Shown here: piece after piece, positions 16,828 to 24,623 of the stretch | How positions within the stretch are numbered: position 1 is the stretch's first letter | Layout of the letters: each line of letters starts with the position of its first letter | IMG/VR virus record: IMGVR_UViG_3300017553_000012 | Span: 1 to 24,623 of that record | Source: a virus | Taxonomy: Duplodnaviria > Caudoviricetes | Reading direction: 5' to 3' (one strand) | Length of the DNA stretch: 24,623 nt | Position numbers and translations under genes: made by a program | Notes under the pieces: generated by a model | The model's input: the letters and a program-made list of their open reading frames with translations, nothing else | Told to the model about the DNA's origin: nothing | Database searches by the model: none

Positions 16828-18828
16828 CTATCGGCGGCTCAGGTACCCGCTGCGCGAGGTACGCCGGCCTGATGGCTGGGGTTGTGGTGCAGCAGGAACC
16901 GCTGCGGGCTTCGGCCGAGCTGGGGCGGCCCGTACTTCCTCATCGGCCGGCTCGTCCACTGCGCTCGGGGCCAGAGGTGCGCGCTCGGCGAACAAACTGC
17001 CCTGGCCTACCGCCGCGCGCAGTGCCGCCCATTGAGGTTCGTGATACCGGTGCAACCCCAGGAAGTGCGCGGCGGCGAGGTTGTACACCAGCAGGTCGAG
17101 GCCCTCGTTGCGCTCCGACTTGGCCTTCACCCACTCCTCACGCTTGAAGCCCTTCACGTACCGGATGACCTTGCGTTCGGCGACCATCTGGTCGAAGAAG
17201 TCCGGCGGCAGGTCCGCAGAGCAGTGCAAGGCACCAGGCCCGGATTCGAACTGGTAGCGGTTGTAGATCCAGTCCTTGGCCGTGTCGGTGCCGATCATCC
17301 AGAGTTCGGCGCCCTGCTTTTCAGTGGTCCCACGCCAGGTGACGTCGACCTTGGAGGGACGCTGCGCCAGGACAGGGCGGCCGCGCTGGCTCGCCCCCTT
17401 CACTGCCAGTACGTTCCGCCAGCGCCGCAGGCGGGTGAACTGGTAGACCTCGTCGGCGTGGTGGCCGCCGGAGTCGATGCAGACGGCGCAGATCGACAGG
17501 TCCACCCCGCTGACGTGCCGATAGCGTTCCTTCAGCTTCTCATCGAGAAGGTCCCAGGTACGTTGCTCCGCGGGATCACCCGCGATGACCTGGAAGTCGA
17601 CGGTCCAGCGCTCCATCCCCTCGCCCCAGCCAAGCACCAGCAGCTCCAGGCGGTTGTGCTGGGTATCGACCGCAGCCGTCAGAATCAACGCCCCCGCCGG
17701 AACCTGGCCCAGGCGATGACCTTCGGCCTCGGCGCGCTGACGCAGCTCGTCGGCCTTGGTCATCAGCTCGGCGCTATCCCAGACCTGGGCCAGGCGGGTG
17801 TTGTAGAACACCTGCATGGAGCCTGGATCACCCTTCTCCTGCAGCTTCTTCGCCTCATCGTATTCCTTGGCCATGTCCGTCCAGCTCAACCAGCCTGGCG
17901 GGGCGTACAGGGCATTGAGGGTGAAGCTGACGGTCTCGCCATCACCGACGGCATGGGCTCGCCACTCTCCATTGGCCAGCATCCACGACTTGTGGTGTTC
18001 GTCGATCAGCGCACAGCCAGGCGTGCAGCACTGGTACTGCACGAAGCGATAGTCGTCGGTGTACTTCAGCCCCTCCCACTCCAGCACCTGCATCGTCTTG
18101 CAGTGCGGGCACGGCACGTAGTAGTGCCGCTGGTCGCCCTGCTCGAAGAGATCGCAGATCCGCGAGACGCCCTTCACCGTGGGCGAGCTGGAGTAGTAGA
18201 ACTTGGCTCTGCGCCCGAACGTGCTACCACGCGCCTCGGCCAGCTTGACCGGATCGCCCTCGTTGTCGATGTCCAGTTCCCAGCGGTCGACCTCGTCGCC
18301 GTAGATGTAGCGCGCCGCCAGCTCCGCCAGGTTCGATGCCGATCCCGCGGTCACGCAGTACAGCGCGCCTCCCTCGAACTCCTTGGTGTCGATGGTGTTT
18401 CGGGCGTCGCGCGAGCGCGATCTGGCGACACGCTCCGTCAGTACCGGAACCGCCTTGATGGTCTTGTCGATCCGCCCGGAAACCCGCTTGCTCAACTTCT
18501 CGCTGGGCAGCAGCGCCAGGATGTTGGCCGGCGCACGATGGATGCAGCCGCCGAACCAGTTGAGCGCCACCTGGGTTTTCATCAGCTGCGATGCGATCAT
18601 GGTGACGATCCGCTTCGCCGGGTGAGGTGGCGACAGACAGCGCTGGACCTCCCGTGCGTAGGGCGTGCGGTCGGTGCGGTACTTCCCGGGTTCGGCGGCG
18701 CCGGTGTCCGGCGGGATCATCTGGAACTCGTCGGCCCATTCGTCGATCCACAGCTCAGGATCGGGCTTCAGCCCCCTGCGGTACGCCGCCAGGTACGCGG
18801 CGGCACCGTCGGCATACGGTTGTTCCAT
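16828..18828 (-). CDS. terL: Terminase large subunit, lambda gpA family
   Basis: 666 aa; RTPY, SQLMKT (Walker A variant), DEVD, SSPT, CPHC, VDTQ, IDSGG, NEGLD motifs. Confidence 0.97.
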   Translation of the reverse strand: MEQPYADGAAAYLAAYRRGLKPDPELWIDEWADEFQMIPPDTGAAEPGKYRTDRTPYAREVQRCLSPPHPAKRIVTMIASQLMKTQVALNWFGGCIHRAPANILALLPSEKLSKRVSGRIDKTIKAVPVLTERVARSRSRDARNTIDTKEFEGGALYCVTAGSASNLAELAARYIYGDEVDRWELDIDNEGDPVKLAEARGSTFGRRAKFYYSSSPTVKGVSRICDLFEQGDQRHYYVPCPHCKTMQVLEWEGLKYTDDYRFVQYQCCTPGCALIDEHHKSWMLANGEWRAHAVGDGETVSFTLNALYAPPGWLSWTDMAKEYDEAKKLQEKGDPGSMQVFYNTRLAQVWDSAELMTKADELRQRAEAEGHRLGQVPAGALILTAAVDTQHNRLELLVLGWGEGMERWTVDFQVIAGDPAEQRTWDLLDEKLKERYRHVSGVDLSICAVCIDSGGHHADEVYQFTRLRRWRNVLAVKGASQRGRPVLAQRPSKVDVTWRGTTEKQGAELWMIGTDTAKDWIYNRYQFESGPGALHCSADLPPDFFDQMVAERKVIRYVKGFKREEWVKAKSERNEGLDLLVYNLAAAHFLGLHRYHEPQWAALRAAVGQGSLFAERAPLAPSAVDEPADEEVRAAPARPKPAAVPAAPQPQPSGRRTSRSGYLSRR

Positions 18829-18843
18829 GGCTCAGTTCAGCTC

Positions 18844-19428
18844 CTAGCCGCCCTGCTCGATGTCTAGTTCGAGCTGCAGGCAGCGGTCGGCATCTTCCAG
18901 GGCTTGGCGCAACGCCTGAGTCAGGCGGCGCTCGATCTCCCACACATCGGTCAAGGTGACCAGTTCGCCGGCGAGCTTCGGGGGGATGCCCATCAGCAGG
19001 TCGCGCAGCGCCCGCGCAGCGGTGAACGCCGCGGAGTCGACCAGGGCGCGCTCCACCAGCTCGCCGCGGCTCTTCCGGTGTTCGTCCTCTGCCAACAGGG
19101 CGAGGGCGTATTCGCGGCGGGCGCGGGCCTTCTGGTAGTCGGGAGTAGTACCGGGCCCAGCTGGCGGCGCCGCAGTGGCCGGGCTGGGGGGCGCCTCCGC
19201 GGTGATGTGGGCATAAACGCCCTTCTCCACCCGTTCCTGGTGATGCCGCTCGGCAACGCCGGCCTTGCTGGGGTCTGCGCTCGCCGCCAGCAGTTGGTCG
19301 GTGGCCTCTGCATCCACCGACTTGCCGTCGGCGGCCATGACTAGGCGGCCCTGCCTGCCCAGCTTCGAAACGTAGGGGCGCGACCAGCCGCGGCTGTCCG
19401 CGTATTCAGCCTTGGTCATCACCGCCAT
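18844..19428 (-). CDS. terS: Terminase small subunit (Nu1-like)
   Basis: N-terminal HTH-like TKAEYADSRGWSRPYVSKL; YQKARARRE..RGELV; directly upstream of terL; start could be 19419. Confidence 0.88.
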   Translation of the reverse strand: MAVMTKAEYADSRGWSRPYVSKLGRQGRLVMAADGKSVDAEATDQLLAASADPSKAGVAERHHQERVEKGVYAHITAEAPPSPATAAPPAGPGTTPDYQKARARREYALALLAEDEHRKSRGELVERALVDSAAFTAARALRDLLMGIPPKLAGELVTLTDVWEIERRLTQALRQALEDADRCLQLELDIEQGG

Positions 19429-19438
19429 GGGGGCACCT

Positions 19439-19565
19439 GTTAACCGCAATGAACTCAAGGGGTTAACTGGTTAACCCCTGTTAACTAACTTCCGGGCCCA
19501 GCCACTAGTGCGAAAACGGGGTTCGAATCACCCTTACCACCCCCGCTGCCCTAGGGGCCCCCTGG
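19439..19565. promoter_or_regulatory. Probable cos/packaging initiation region
   Basis: Non-coding gap upstream of terS; four GTTAAC copies (19439, 19462, 19470, 19480); perfect IR AGGGGTTAAC-TG-GTTAACCCCT; partial dyad at 19518-19535. Confidence 0.6.
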
Positions 19566-19614
19566 TAGTTCGTGTGGCACGCCACCGCCCCGCCTAGAGC
19601 CCTCGCGCTGGATC

Positions 19615-19644
19615 GAGCCCTAAAACTTATAAAAGTTAGGGCTC
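19615..19644. other. Inverted repeat with AT-rich loop
   Basis: GAGCCCTAA (19615-19623) pairs with TTAGGGCTC (19636-19644) at the stop of the upstream gene. Confidence 0.6.
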
Positions 19645-20398
19645 AGCCCGCGCCGCCCCTGCCTTGCAGGGCCTTGGCCAGCGCCTTCTCGATGTTCGCC
19701 TCCAGCCGTGCGTCGTCCTCGGCGATGCGCCGCACGACGTCGAAGAAGCGGAAGCGCTCGCGGTACTGGGGCTGACGCACGAACGCGAGCACCATGACCA
19801 GGCTCTTGTCGCGGCGTTCACCGATGCCGATTGGCACCCTGCCGCGTCTCATGACGAAGTAGGCCTTGCCGTGGCCCTTGGCCAGAGATCGGGCACTCTG
19901 CGTGGCGTTGCCACTGAAGCCCGCCACATACTCCAGCGCGCCCAGGCCGGACAGGATCTGGATCATCTGGCCGCGGCTCATGTTGCCGTACTGGTCCAAG
20001 CGGGCGCCCTCGGCCGGGACAATGAACATTCCCCTGGGCAGGATGCCCTTGGCTCGCAGGTTCCGCTCCGACGCCTTGTCCACGCGCGGCCCGCCGAACA
20101 CCTGCGGCGCCACCCAATCCTCCGGCGCCTGGCCCTTGGAGTTGTTGTCCTTGTCGTCCTTCACCCACAGTTCCGCCTCCAGGCGGTTCGCCGTGGCGTT
20201 CAGGATGCGCACGGCGTTGCGGGTGAACGAGGTAGGCCGGTCGAAGACATCGTCGATGGTCTCGACCAGCGCCTGCCGAGCCTGGTTCGCCGTGTGGTTC
20301 AGGGCGTCGGCCAGCGCCTTGCTGGGCAGGTCGCCGCCGAGCGCAGCCAGGGAAGCGACCGCGTCGTCCAGGTCCTGGGCGTTGATGCCGCCGCGCAT
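19643..20398 (-). CDS. Conserved phage protein, possibly tail-completion/neck (gpZ-like), 251 aa
   Basis: ATG 2 nt after holin stop; ALNHTA..VFDRPTSFT N-terminus, LDQYGN, YRERFRFF; basic. Confidence 0.75.
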   Translation of the reverse strand: MRGGINAQDLDDAVASLAALGGDLPSKALADALNHTANQARQALVETIDDVFDRPTSFTRNAVRILNATANRLEAELWVKDDKDNNSKGQAPEDWVAPQVFGGPRVDKASERNLRAKGILPRGMFIVPAEGARLDQYGNMSRGQMIQILSGLGALEYVAGFSGNATQSARSLAKGHGKAYFVMRRGRVPIGIGERRDKSLVMVLAFVRQPQYRERFRFFDVVRRIAEDDARLEANIEKALAKALQGRGGAG

Positions 20399-20400
20399 GA

Positions 20401-20691
20401 CTACTGCGCCCGCCAGACCTGGGCCATGTTGCCCCGGGCCTTGAGTACGGCGAAGGTGAACACGCCGAGCAGGATCACCAGCGGCCAGCTCATCGCCGGC
20501 ATGATCAGCAGCCCCTTGATGATGAACAGCACCACCGAGCCGGAGCAGCCCATCACGGCCCAGGCCATCCACGAGATGCTGCGCCGGTAGCGCGCATCGC
20601 CACGCTGGAAGGTGAACAGCCGCAGGAACAACACGACGCAGAGCCAGAACGTGGCCTGCGTCAGCATCAGTTGCACCAGGTGGTTACCCAT
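20401..20691 (-). CDS. Holin-family membrane protein (3 TM, DUF754-like)
   Basis: Three hydrophobic segments, RGDARYR loop, C-terminal ARGN motif; GAGGAGG RBS. Confidence 0.85.
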   Translation of the reverse strand: MGNHLVQLMLTQATFWLCVVLFLRLFTFQRGDARYRRSISWMAWAVMGCSGSVVLFIIKGLLIMPAMSWPLVILLGVFTFAVLKARGNMAQVWRAQ

Positions 20692-21052
20692 CCTGACCTC
20701 CTCGCGTCACCGCGCCGGGGCCGGACTTCCCGCGCTGGATCAACCAGAGCGAGAGCGTCACCACCAGCAGGGCGGCGACGAAGGCGGCGATCCCGGTGTA
20801 CTGGAAGGGGCGGTAACCGTAGACCTCGACCTCACGGATACCAGGGGCGATCACGTAGCCCATCACGAACGACGCGACCAGGAACAGCAGACGCTGCCAG
20901 GTCGGGAATTCCTGGGTGGTGGTCGAGTAGATCAACGCACCGAACAGCGCCCCGACCGCGGCCCACACATCGACGCCGGCCAGGTATCCAGCAAAGCCGA
21001 CGCCCGCGGCGCCGGCGACTACAGCAGCGGTCGTGCTCGCAGGCTCTCCCAT
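20684..21052 (-). CDS. Putative holin
   Basis: 122 aa with several TM segments, MGEPASTTAAV start, GGAG RBS, first gene after late leader. Confidence 0.85.
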   Translation of the reverse strand: MGEPASTTAAVVAGAAGVGFAGYLAGVDVWAAVGALFGALIYSTTTQEFPTWQRLLFLVASFVMGYVIAPGIREVEVYGYRPFQYTGIAAFVAALLVVTLSLWLIQRGKSGPGAVTRGGQDG

Positions 21053-21074
21053 CGCTCAACTCCATGCCGAGGGC

Positions 21075-21108
21075 TGAAAAGGGAAAGCCCCTCCGGGGAG
21101 GGGCTTTC
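21075..21108 (-). terminator. Late leader terminator (tR'-like)
   Basis: Minus strand GAAAGCCCCTCC-CC-GGAGGGGCTTTC followed by CCTTTTC. Confidence 0.8.
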
Positions 21109-21203
21109 AGGTTTCCCGGGTGAGGGCGTCGCCCGGGTGGTCTGCACAGCACGTGCATCGGTTGGTACGGGCCCTCTGTGCGGACCTCGTACATCGTGGC
21201 GAC

Positions 21204-21232
21204 TTTGTACCCCCCGACCGGAAAAACCGAAA
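21204..21232 (-). promoter_or_regulatory. Candidate late promoter
   Basis: Minus strand TTTCGG, 17-nt spacer, TACAAA; lies between late regulator and leader terminator; weak consensus match. Confidence 0.45.
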
Positions 21233-21247
21233 GAGCCGTTTTATCGT

Positions 21248-21811
21248 TTATTCCGACGGGGGCTGACGGGGGCTCGCCGGGGCTGACGGGGGAGATACGT
21301 CCGACGAACGGTAGTGTCCCGCCAGGCCCTTGGCGGCCAGTTTCGCCCGGCGCGCAGCGAACCTCCGCTGCTTCTCCAACTGACTCGGCAGGCGCCGGAC
21401 GGCCTCCAGGGTGCCCGCGTGCCGGCGGCGCAGTTCGGCCAGGACCAGTTCGTGCAGCCGGTGCACGTGGTTGCGGTAGGTCCGGTCGGCGCCGGCGGCC
21501 ATGTCCAGGGCCGCCATCTGCTCGGCCACCGTGCGCCCGCCGAGGTAGCGCAGGCGAGCGAGGCGCGCCAGGTGCTTGCCCTGCTCGCCCTGCCGTTCGA
21601 CGGCATCGACGCAGGCCTGCACCTCGCGGGCCCGGTGATCCATGCTGTACCCGCCCGCCGGAGCACGAGTCCCTGGCTCACCGCGCGGTGGCGCCCCCCG
21701 CCATTCGATGAACCCCGCCAGGGTGCTGGAGATGGAGCCCGCCGGCATGCAGCAGCACCGGCCGATCTGCTCGCCCCAGTGACGCATCAGCACTTCGATT
21801 TCCTCGATCAT
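21248..21811 (-). CDS. Late-gene regulator, Q-like / PA0613-like
   Basis: MIEEIEVLMRHWGEQ start, C-terminal HTH-like LRYL..VAEQMAALDM..RTYRNHVHRLH; upstream of holin; GGAG RBS. Confidence 0.75.
   Translation of the reverse strand: MIEEIEVLMRHWGEQIGRCCCMPAGSISSTLAGFIEWRGAPPRGEPGTRAPAGGYSMDHRAREVQACVDAVERQGEQGKHLARLARLRYLGGRTVAEQMAALDMAAGADRTYRNHVHRLHELVLAELRRRHAGTLEAVRRLPSQLEKQRRFAARRAKLAAKGLAGHYRSSDVSPPSAPASPRQPPSE
21255..21292 (+). repeat. Four tandem 10-nt units, consensus GACGGGGGCT
   Basis: GACGGGGGCT GACGGGGGCT CGCCGGGGCT GACGGGGG. Confidence 0.85.
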
Positions 21812-22155
21812 CGCCCCACTCCCCCGCTCAAAACCTCAACCCAACACAGAATCGCCATACCCAACACACACCCAACACACTTAAACATCAATAAAATCAA
21901 TGCATTAAATGCATGTGTGTTGGGTGTGTTGGGTTGGTAAGGTTTTTCCAGCCCTCGCGTAAGAAAAAAAGCAGTGCTCGCCACCAAGGCCTTGATGCAT
22001 TTTTTTATCCGCACGCACGCGCCCGCGCGCGTAAACCCAACACACCCAACACACTCGCCCGGAGCCCGCGAATTACGCGGCCTCGCACTGTGTTGGGTTC
22101 GCAAAACAACCCAACACACACCCAACACACCCAACACACTTTCGGGCGCACTCAT
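21808..22155 (-). CDS. Hypothetical 115-aa ORF spanning the iteron array
   Basis: ATGA overlap with replicase stop (22152-22155) and with regulator start (21808-21811); sequence dictated by repeats, protein function doubtful. Confidence 0.4.
   Translation of the reverse strand: MSAPESVLGVLGVCWVVLRTQHSARPRNSRAPGECVGCVGFTRAGACVRIKKCIKALVASTAFFLTRGLEKPYQPNTPNTHAFNALILLMFKCVGCVLGMAILCWVEVLSGGVGR
21840..22138. repeat. Iteron array, probable replication origin (11 x CCCAACACA)
   Basis: Direct copies at 21840, 21860, 21871, 22036, 22045, 22110, 22121, 22130; inverted at 21916, 21925, 22089; AT-rich core 21881-21914; just downstream of replicase. Confidence 0.85.
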
Positions 22156-24623
22156 GCTGCAATCCCCTTCACGTGGTCCCAGTTGTCCACGTTCCAGCCC
22201 GCGAGCTTCGCCCGCGCACGCCACTCGCCCACGTGCTTGCCCAGCGCGGCCGAGGAAGGGGATGGGGGCAGGAAGGCCTCCGGGTCCTTGGGGAAGAAGA
22301 AGGCCGCGAACCGCCGGCTGTTGCCGTCCGTCCAGGGAATCGCCCTGGTCTTCTCGATGCCAGCCGTGCTGATGAACAGGCTGAACTTCGTCTGGCTCAT
22401 CGAGTGCTCCTTGTTCCGGTGGCACCACTCCAGGAACAGCGAGTAGAGGTCGCTGCTCAGGCAAGCTCCCCACAAGCCCTGCCCGAGTTCGCCGGCGCGC
22501 CAGAAGTGCACGAACGTCTGCCAGGTGGACCTGCTCAAGGCCACCAGACGCTCGCGTGCCGGCGTGCTCGGCGGCTTGGTCTGCTGGTCGAAGTCACCCA
22601 GGTCCTGGGCCAGCAGCCAGGCGTAGAGCGCCTCGACGCCGCCGTTGGCCAGCTCGTGCTTGATCGCCTTCTGCCTGGCCTCGGGGAGCTTCTCTTCGGG
22701 CCACATGACCAGGTGGCGCCGGTCGTCCTCGCCGATGGGCCAGGGCATGATTTCGTTGGAGAGGAACACGGCGTTCATGTGGCTGGCTTCCTCCCAGCCG
22801 TTCACGAATTTGCTCTCGATGCGCACGGTCTGGCCGGTGATCAACTGCTTGATCTTGCCGACCTGGTTGTAGCGCTGGTCCCGGCTGACCACTTCCTCGA
22901 ACACCGCCCATAGCTTGCCGCTCTGCCAGGCGTTGAAGTTCCCTTCCAGCTGCGTCTGGCCGACCGTCGCCGCGTACTGCCCGTACAACCGGCCCATCAC
23001 CACCGAGAACAGCAAGCTCTTGCCCGAACCCTCCATCGTCGAGTGCATCAGCACCGCGGTGTCCATCTTGGCCCCGGTGTGCTGTAGCGGGTAGGCGAGC
23101 CAGCGCACCAGCCACTGCATGGATTCCTCGGCGTGGTTGCACAGGAAGGAAATCAACCAGCGCAGGTTCTCGCAGGCCGCGTCGTCGCGCTTGGGCTCCA
23201 GCGGCAACCCCTCGAACGTGTTGATGCAGACCTTGGTGTCGCAGGTCATCGTCGGATCGAAGACGATGTTGGCCACGTCCACCACGCGCCGCTCCGGGCT
23301 GTTCAGCCAGAGCGAGTAGGCATCGCCCAGGGCCATCTTCACCGCGCCCTCGGGCACGCGCCGTTTCTTCGCCAGGTCCCACACGTCCTTGGTGCCGTCG
23401 ATATACACGTAGCGCACCAGGGGCGGCATGCTCATCGGCCCGACGGCCTTGCCGGCCATGGACCGGGCCCGCTCGATCTCCTTGACCTGCTCTTCGCTGA
23501 TCCGCTTTTTCTTCTTCTCGTCGGTGACCTCCGACCACTCCTTGAACAGCTTCTGGCCGACCAGGGCGACGAAGGCCGTCTTCTTCATCTTCATCGCCTT
23601 GTCGATGTCCCACACGTGCGTGGTCCCCTCGACCAGGGCGTAGCGCCTCAGCGCCTTGGCCAAAGTCAGGCCCTCCCCCGCCCCCCCGTCTGCGGAGGAG
23701 CCGCCGGCCGGCACGGCGTCTTCGACGGATGGGGCGCGGGGAAGCTCATCGGACGGGCCGTGCTGCGGATCATCGCCATTGAGCATCTGGTCGAACTGTT
23801 CCAGCGCCTCGCGAACAGTGGGCGCCCTGGGCTCACGCTCGATGCCCAGCATGCGCGCCGCGGCCTTGACCGCCTCGCGGTCGTTGCCGTTGTGGTCGAG
23901 GATGCAGAACACGTCGAACGCGTCGTTCTGGTGCCCGTTGGCCAGCGGATCGGAGCCATGGTGCGAGTAAACCTTGCCCTCGCTGATGGTCACGCCCGGC
24001 AACCCGGTGCTGCTGTGCGGGCAGAGCCACTTCGTTCCGCGCTGGATGTAGCCGTGCGCGGCCAGCAGCGACTCCACGTCGTGCGCCTGGTTGAACGCGT
24101 CGATCACCGAGCGCGAGCTGCCGGCCGGCGCCGCCGGCCTGGGCTTCGGCTTCGCGGGCTTCTTCGGCGCCGCCTTGGGCGCCCATGGGCAGGCCGCCTC
24201 GGCATCGCGCTTGAAGATGTCCCAGTTCTGCCAGATGTTCAGCAGGTCGTTCGGCAGCACCGGCAGCCCGTCGTCCGTGGGCGGCTTCCTCCAGGTGTAC
24301 GGCTGGCCAGTACCCGGGTGGATCGACGGCGGCAGCACGTCCTGGACCAGGCCGGCGCGCAGCTCGAACACGGTGAAGCGCTTCAGGCTGTCAGCCTGGG
24401 CCTGCATCTTCTCCAACTGCTCCTTGTCGCCCCGCTCCTTGGCCGCCAGGATCGCCGCCTGCGTGAGCTTCAGCTTGCTGCCGTCCGGGTCGTTCTCGTT
24501 CGGCCAGCTCAGCGAGTGGCGGCTCAGCTCGACACCCTCGGGCACGCGGAACATCACGCGGAAGCGCGCCGGGTTGCCCACCACGGTCGGGTAGGCCACC
24601 GGCAGCGCGTCGAGGTCGAGCCC
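22152..24623 (-). CDS. Partial fused prim-pol primase / SF3 helicase replication protein
   Basis: Frame open to window edge (GLDLDALPVAYP..); ELRAGLVQDVLPPSIHPGTGQPYTW prim-pol motif; Walker A EGSGKS, Walker B WAVFEE, motif C VFLSN. Confidence 0.92.
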   Translation of the reverse strand, partial: GLDLDALPVAYPTVVGNPARFRVMFRVPEGVELSRHSLSWPNENDPDGSKLKLTQAAILAAKERGDKEQLEKMQAQADSLKRFTVFELRAGLVQDVLPPSIHPGTGQPYTWRKPPTDDGLPVLPNDLLNIWQNWDIFKRDAEAACPWAPKAAPKKPAKPKPRPAAPAGSSRSVIDAFNQAHDVESLLAAHGYIQRGTKWLCPHSSTGLPGVTISEGKVYSHHGSDPLANGHQNDAFDVFCILDHNGNDREAVKAAARMLGIEREPRAPTVREALEQFDQMLNGDDPQHGPSDELPRAPSVEDAVPAGGSSADGGAGEGLTLAKALRRYALVEGTTHVWDIDKAMKMKKTAFVALVGQKLFKEWSEVTDEKKKKRISEEQVKEIERARSMAGKAVGPMSMPPLVRYVYIDGTKDVWDLAKKRRVPEGAVKMALGDAYSLWLNSPERRVVDVANIVFDPTMTCDTKVCINTFEGLPLEPKRDDAACENLRWLISFLCNHAEESMQWLVRWLAYPLQHTGAKMDTAVLMHSTMEGSGKSLLFSVVMGRLYGQYAATVGQTQLEGNFNAWQSGKLWAVFEEVVSRDQRYNQVGKIKQLITGQTVRIESKFVNGWEEASHMNAVFLSNEIMPWPIGEDDRRHLVMWPEEKLPEARQKAIKHELANGGVEALYAWLLAQDLGDFDQQTKPPSTPARERLVALSRSTWQTFVHFWRAGELGQGLWGACLSSDLYSLFLEWCHRNKEHSMSQTKFSLFISTAGIEKTRAIPWTDGNSRRFAAFFFPKDPEAFLPPSPSSAALGKHVGEWRARAKLAGWNVDNWDHVKGIAA

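Larger units (their letters stand above)
1..24623. mobile_element. Lambda-like siphovirus prophage or phage genome segment (replication, late control, lysis, head, tail); extends beyond both edges
   Basis: Continuous co-oriented, tightly coupled run of terminase, portal, protease, capsid, tail tube and tape measure genes; no host housekeeping genes, sheath gene, integrase or att site seen. Confidence 0.97.

Noticed and set aside
16882-18867. 661-aa plus-strand ORF
   Set aside because: Antisense shadow of terL; high-GC codon bias suppresses stops; no recognisable motifs
20399-20572. Track N-terminal extensions (20572, also 22473, 12268, 11682, 19458)
   Set aside because: They overlap upstream genes or cis sites; downstream ATGs have better RBS or coupling
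21840-22138. CRISPR array
   Set aside because: Repeats are 9 nt, in both orientations, irregularly spaced; no cas genes
1-24623. Pyocin/tailocin interpretation
   Set aside because: Full head, terminase and replication genes are present, so this is a phage

Overview
GC-rich segment of a lambda-like temperate siphovirus (prophage), probably from a Pseudomonas-type host; almost every gene is on the minus strand. In transcription order (right to left): fused prim-pol/SF3 helicase replicase (runs off the window), an 11-copy 9-mer iteron array (likely origin) inside a doubly coupled ORF, a PA0613/Q-like late regulator, a putative late promoter with structured leader and terminator, two holin-like genes, a gpZ-like gene, a probable cos region, terS, terL (gpA family), gpW-like, lambda-family portal, ClpP-type prohead protease/scaffold, head decoration, gpE-type capsid, head closure, tail terminator, tail tube, an accessory insert, tape measure, Dit-like protein and four tail-tip genes (the last runs off the left edge and is missing from the ORF track). 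The best novelty candidate is the ~590 bp between tail tube and tape measure: no tail assembly chaperone is visible there, and instead there are two divergent ORFs for membrane-anchored proteins, possibly a superinfection-exclusion or anti-phage moron. All product calls come from motif recognition and synteny, not database searches.
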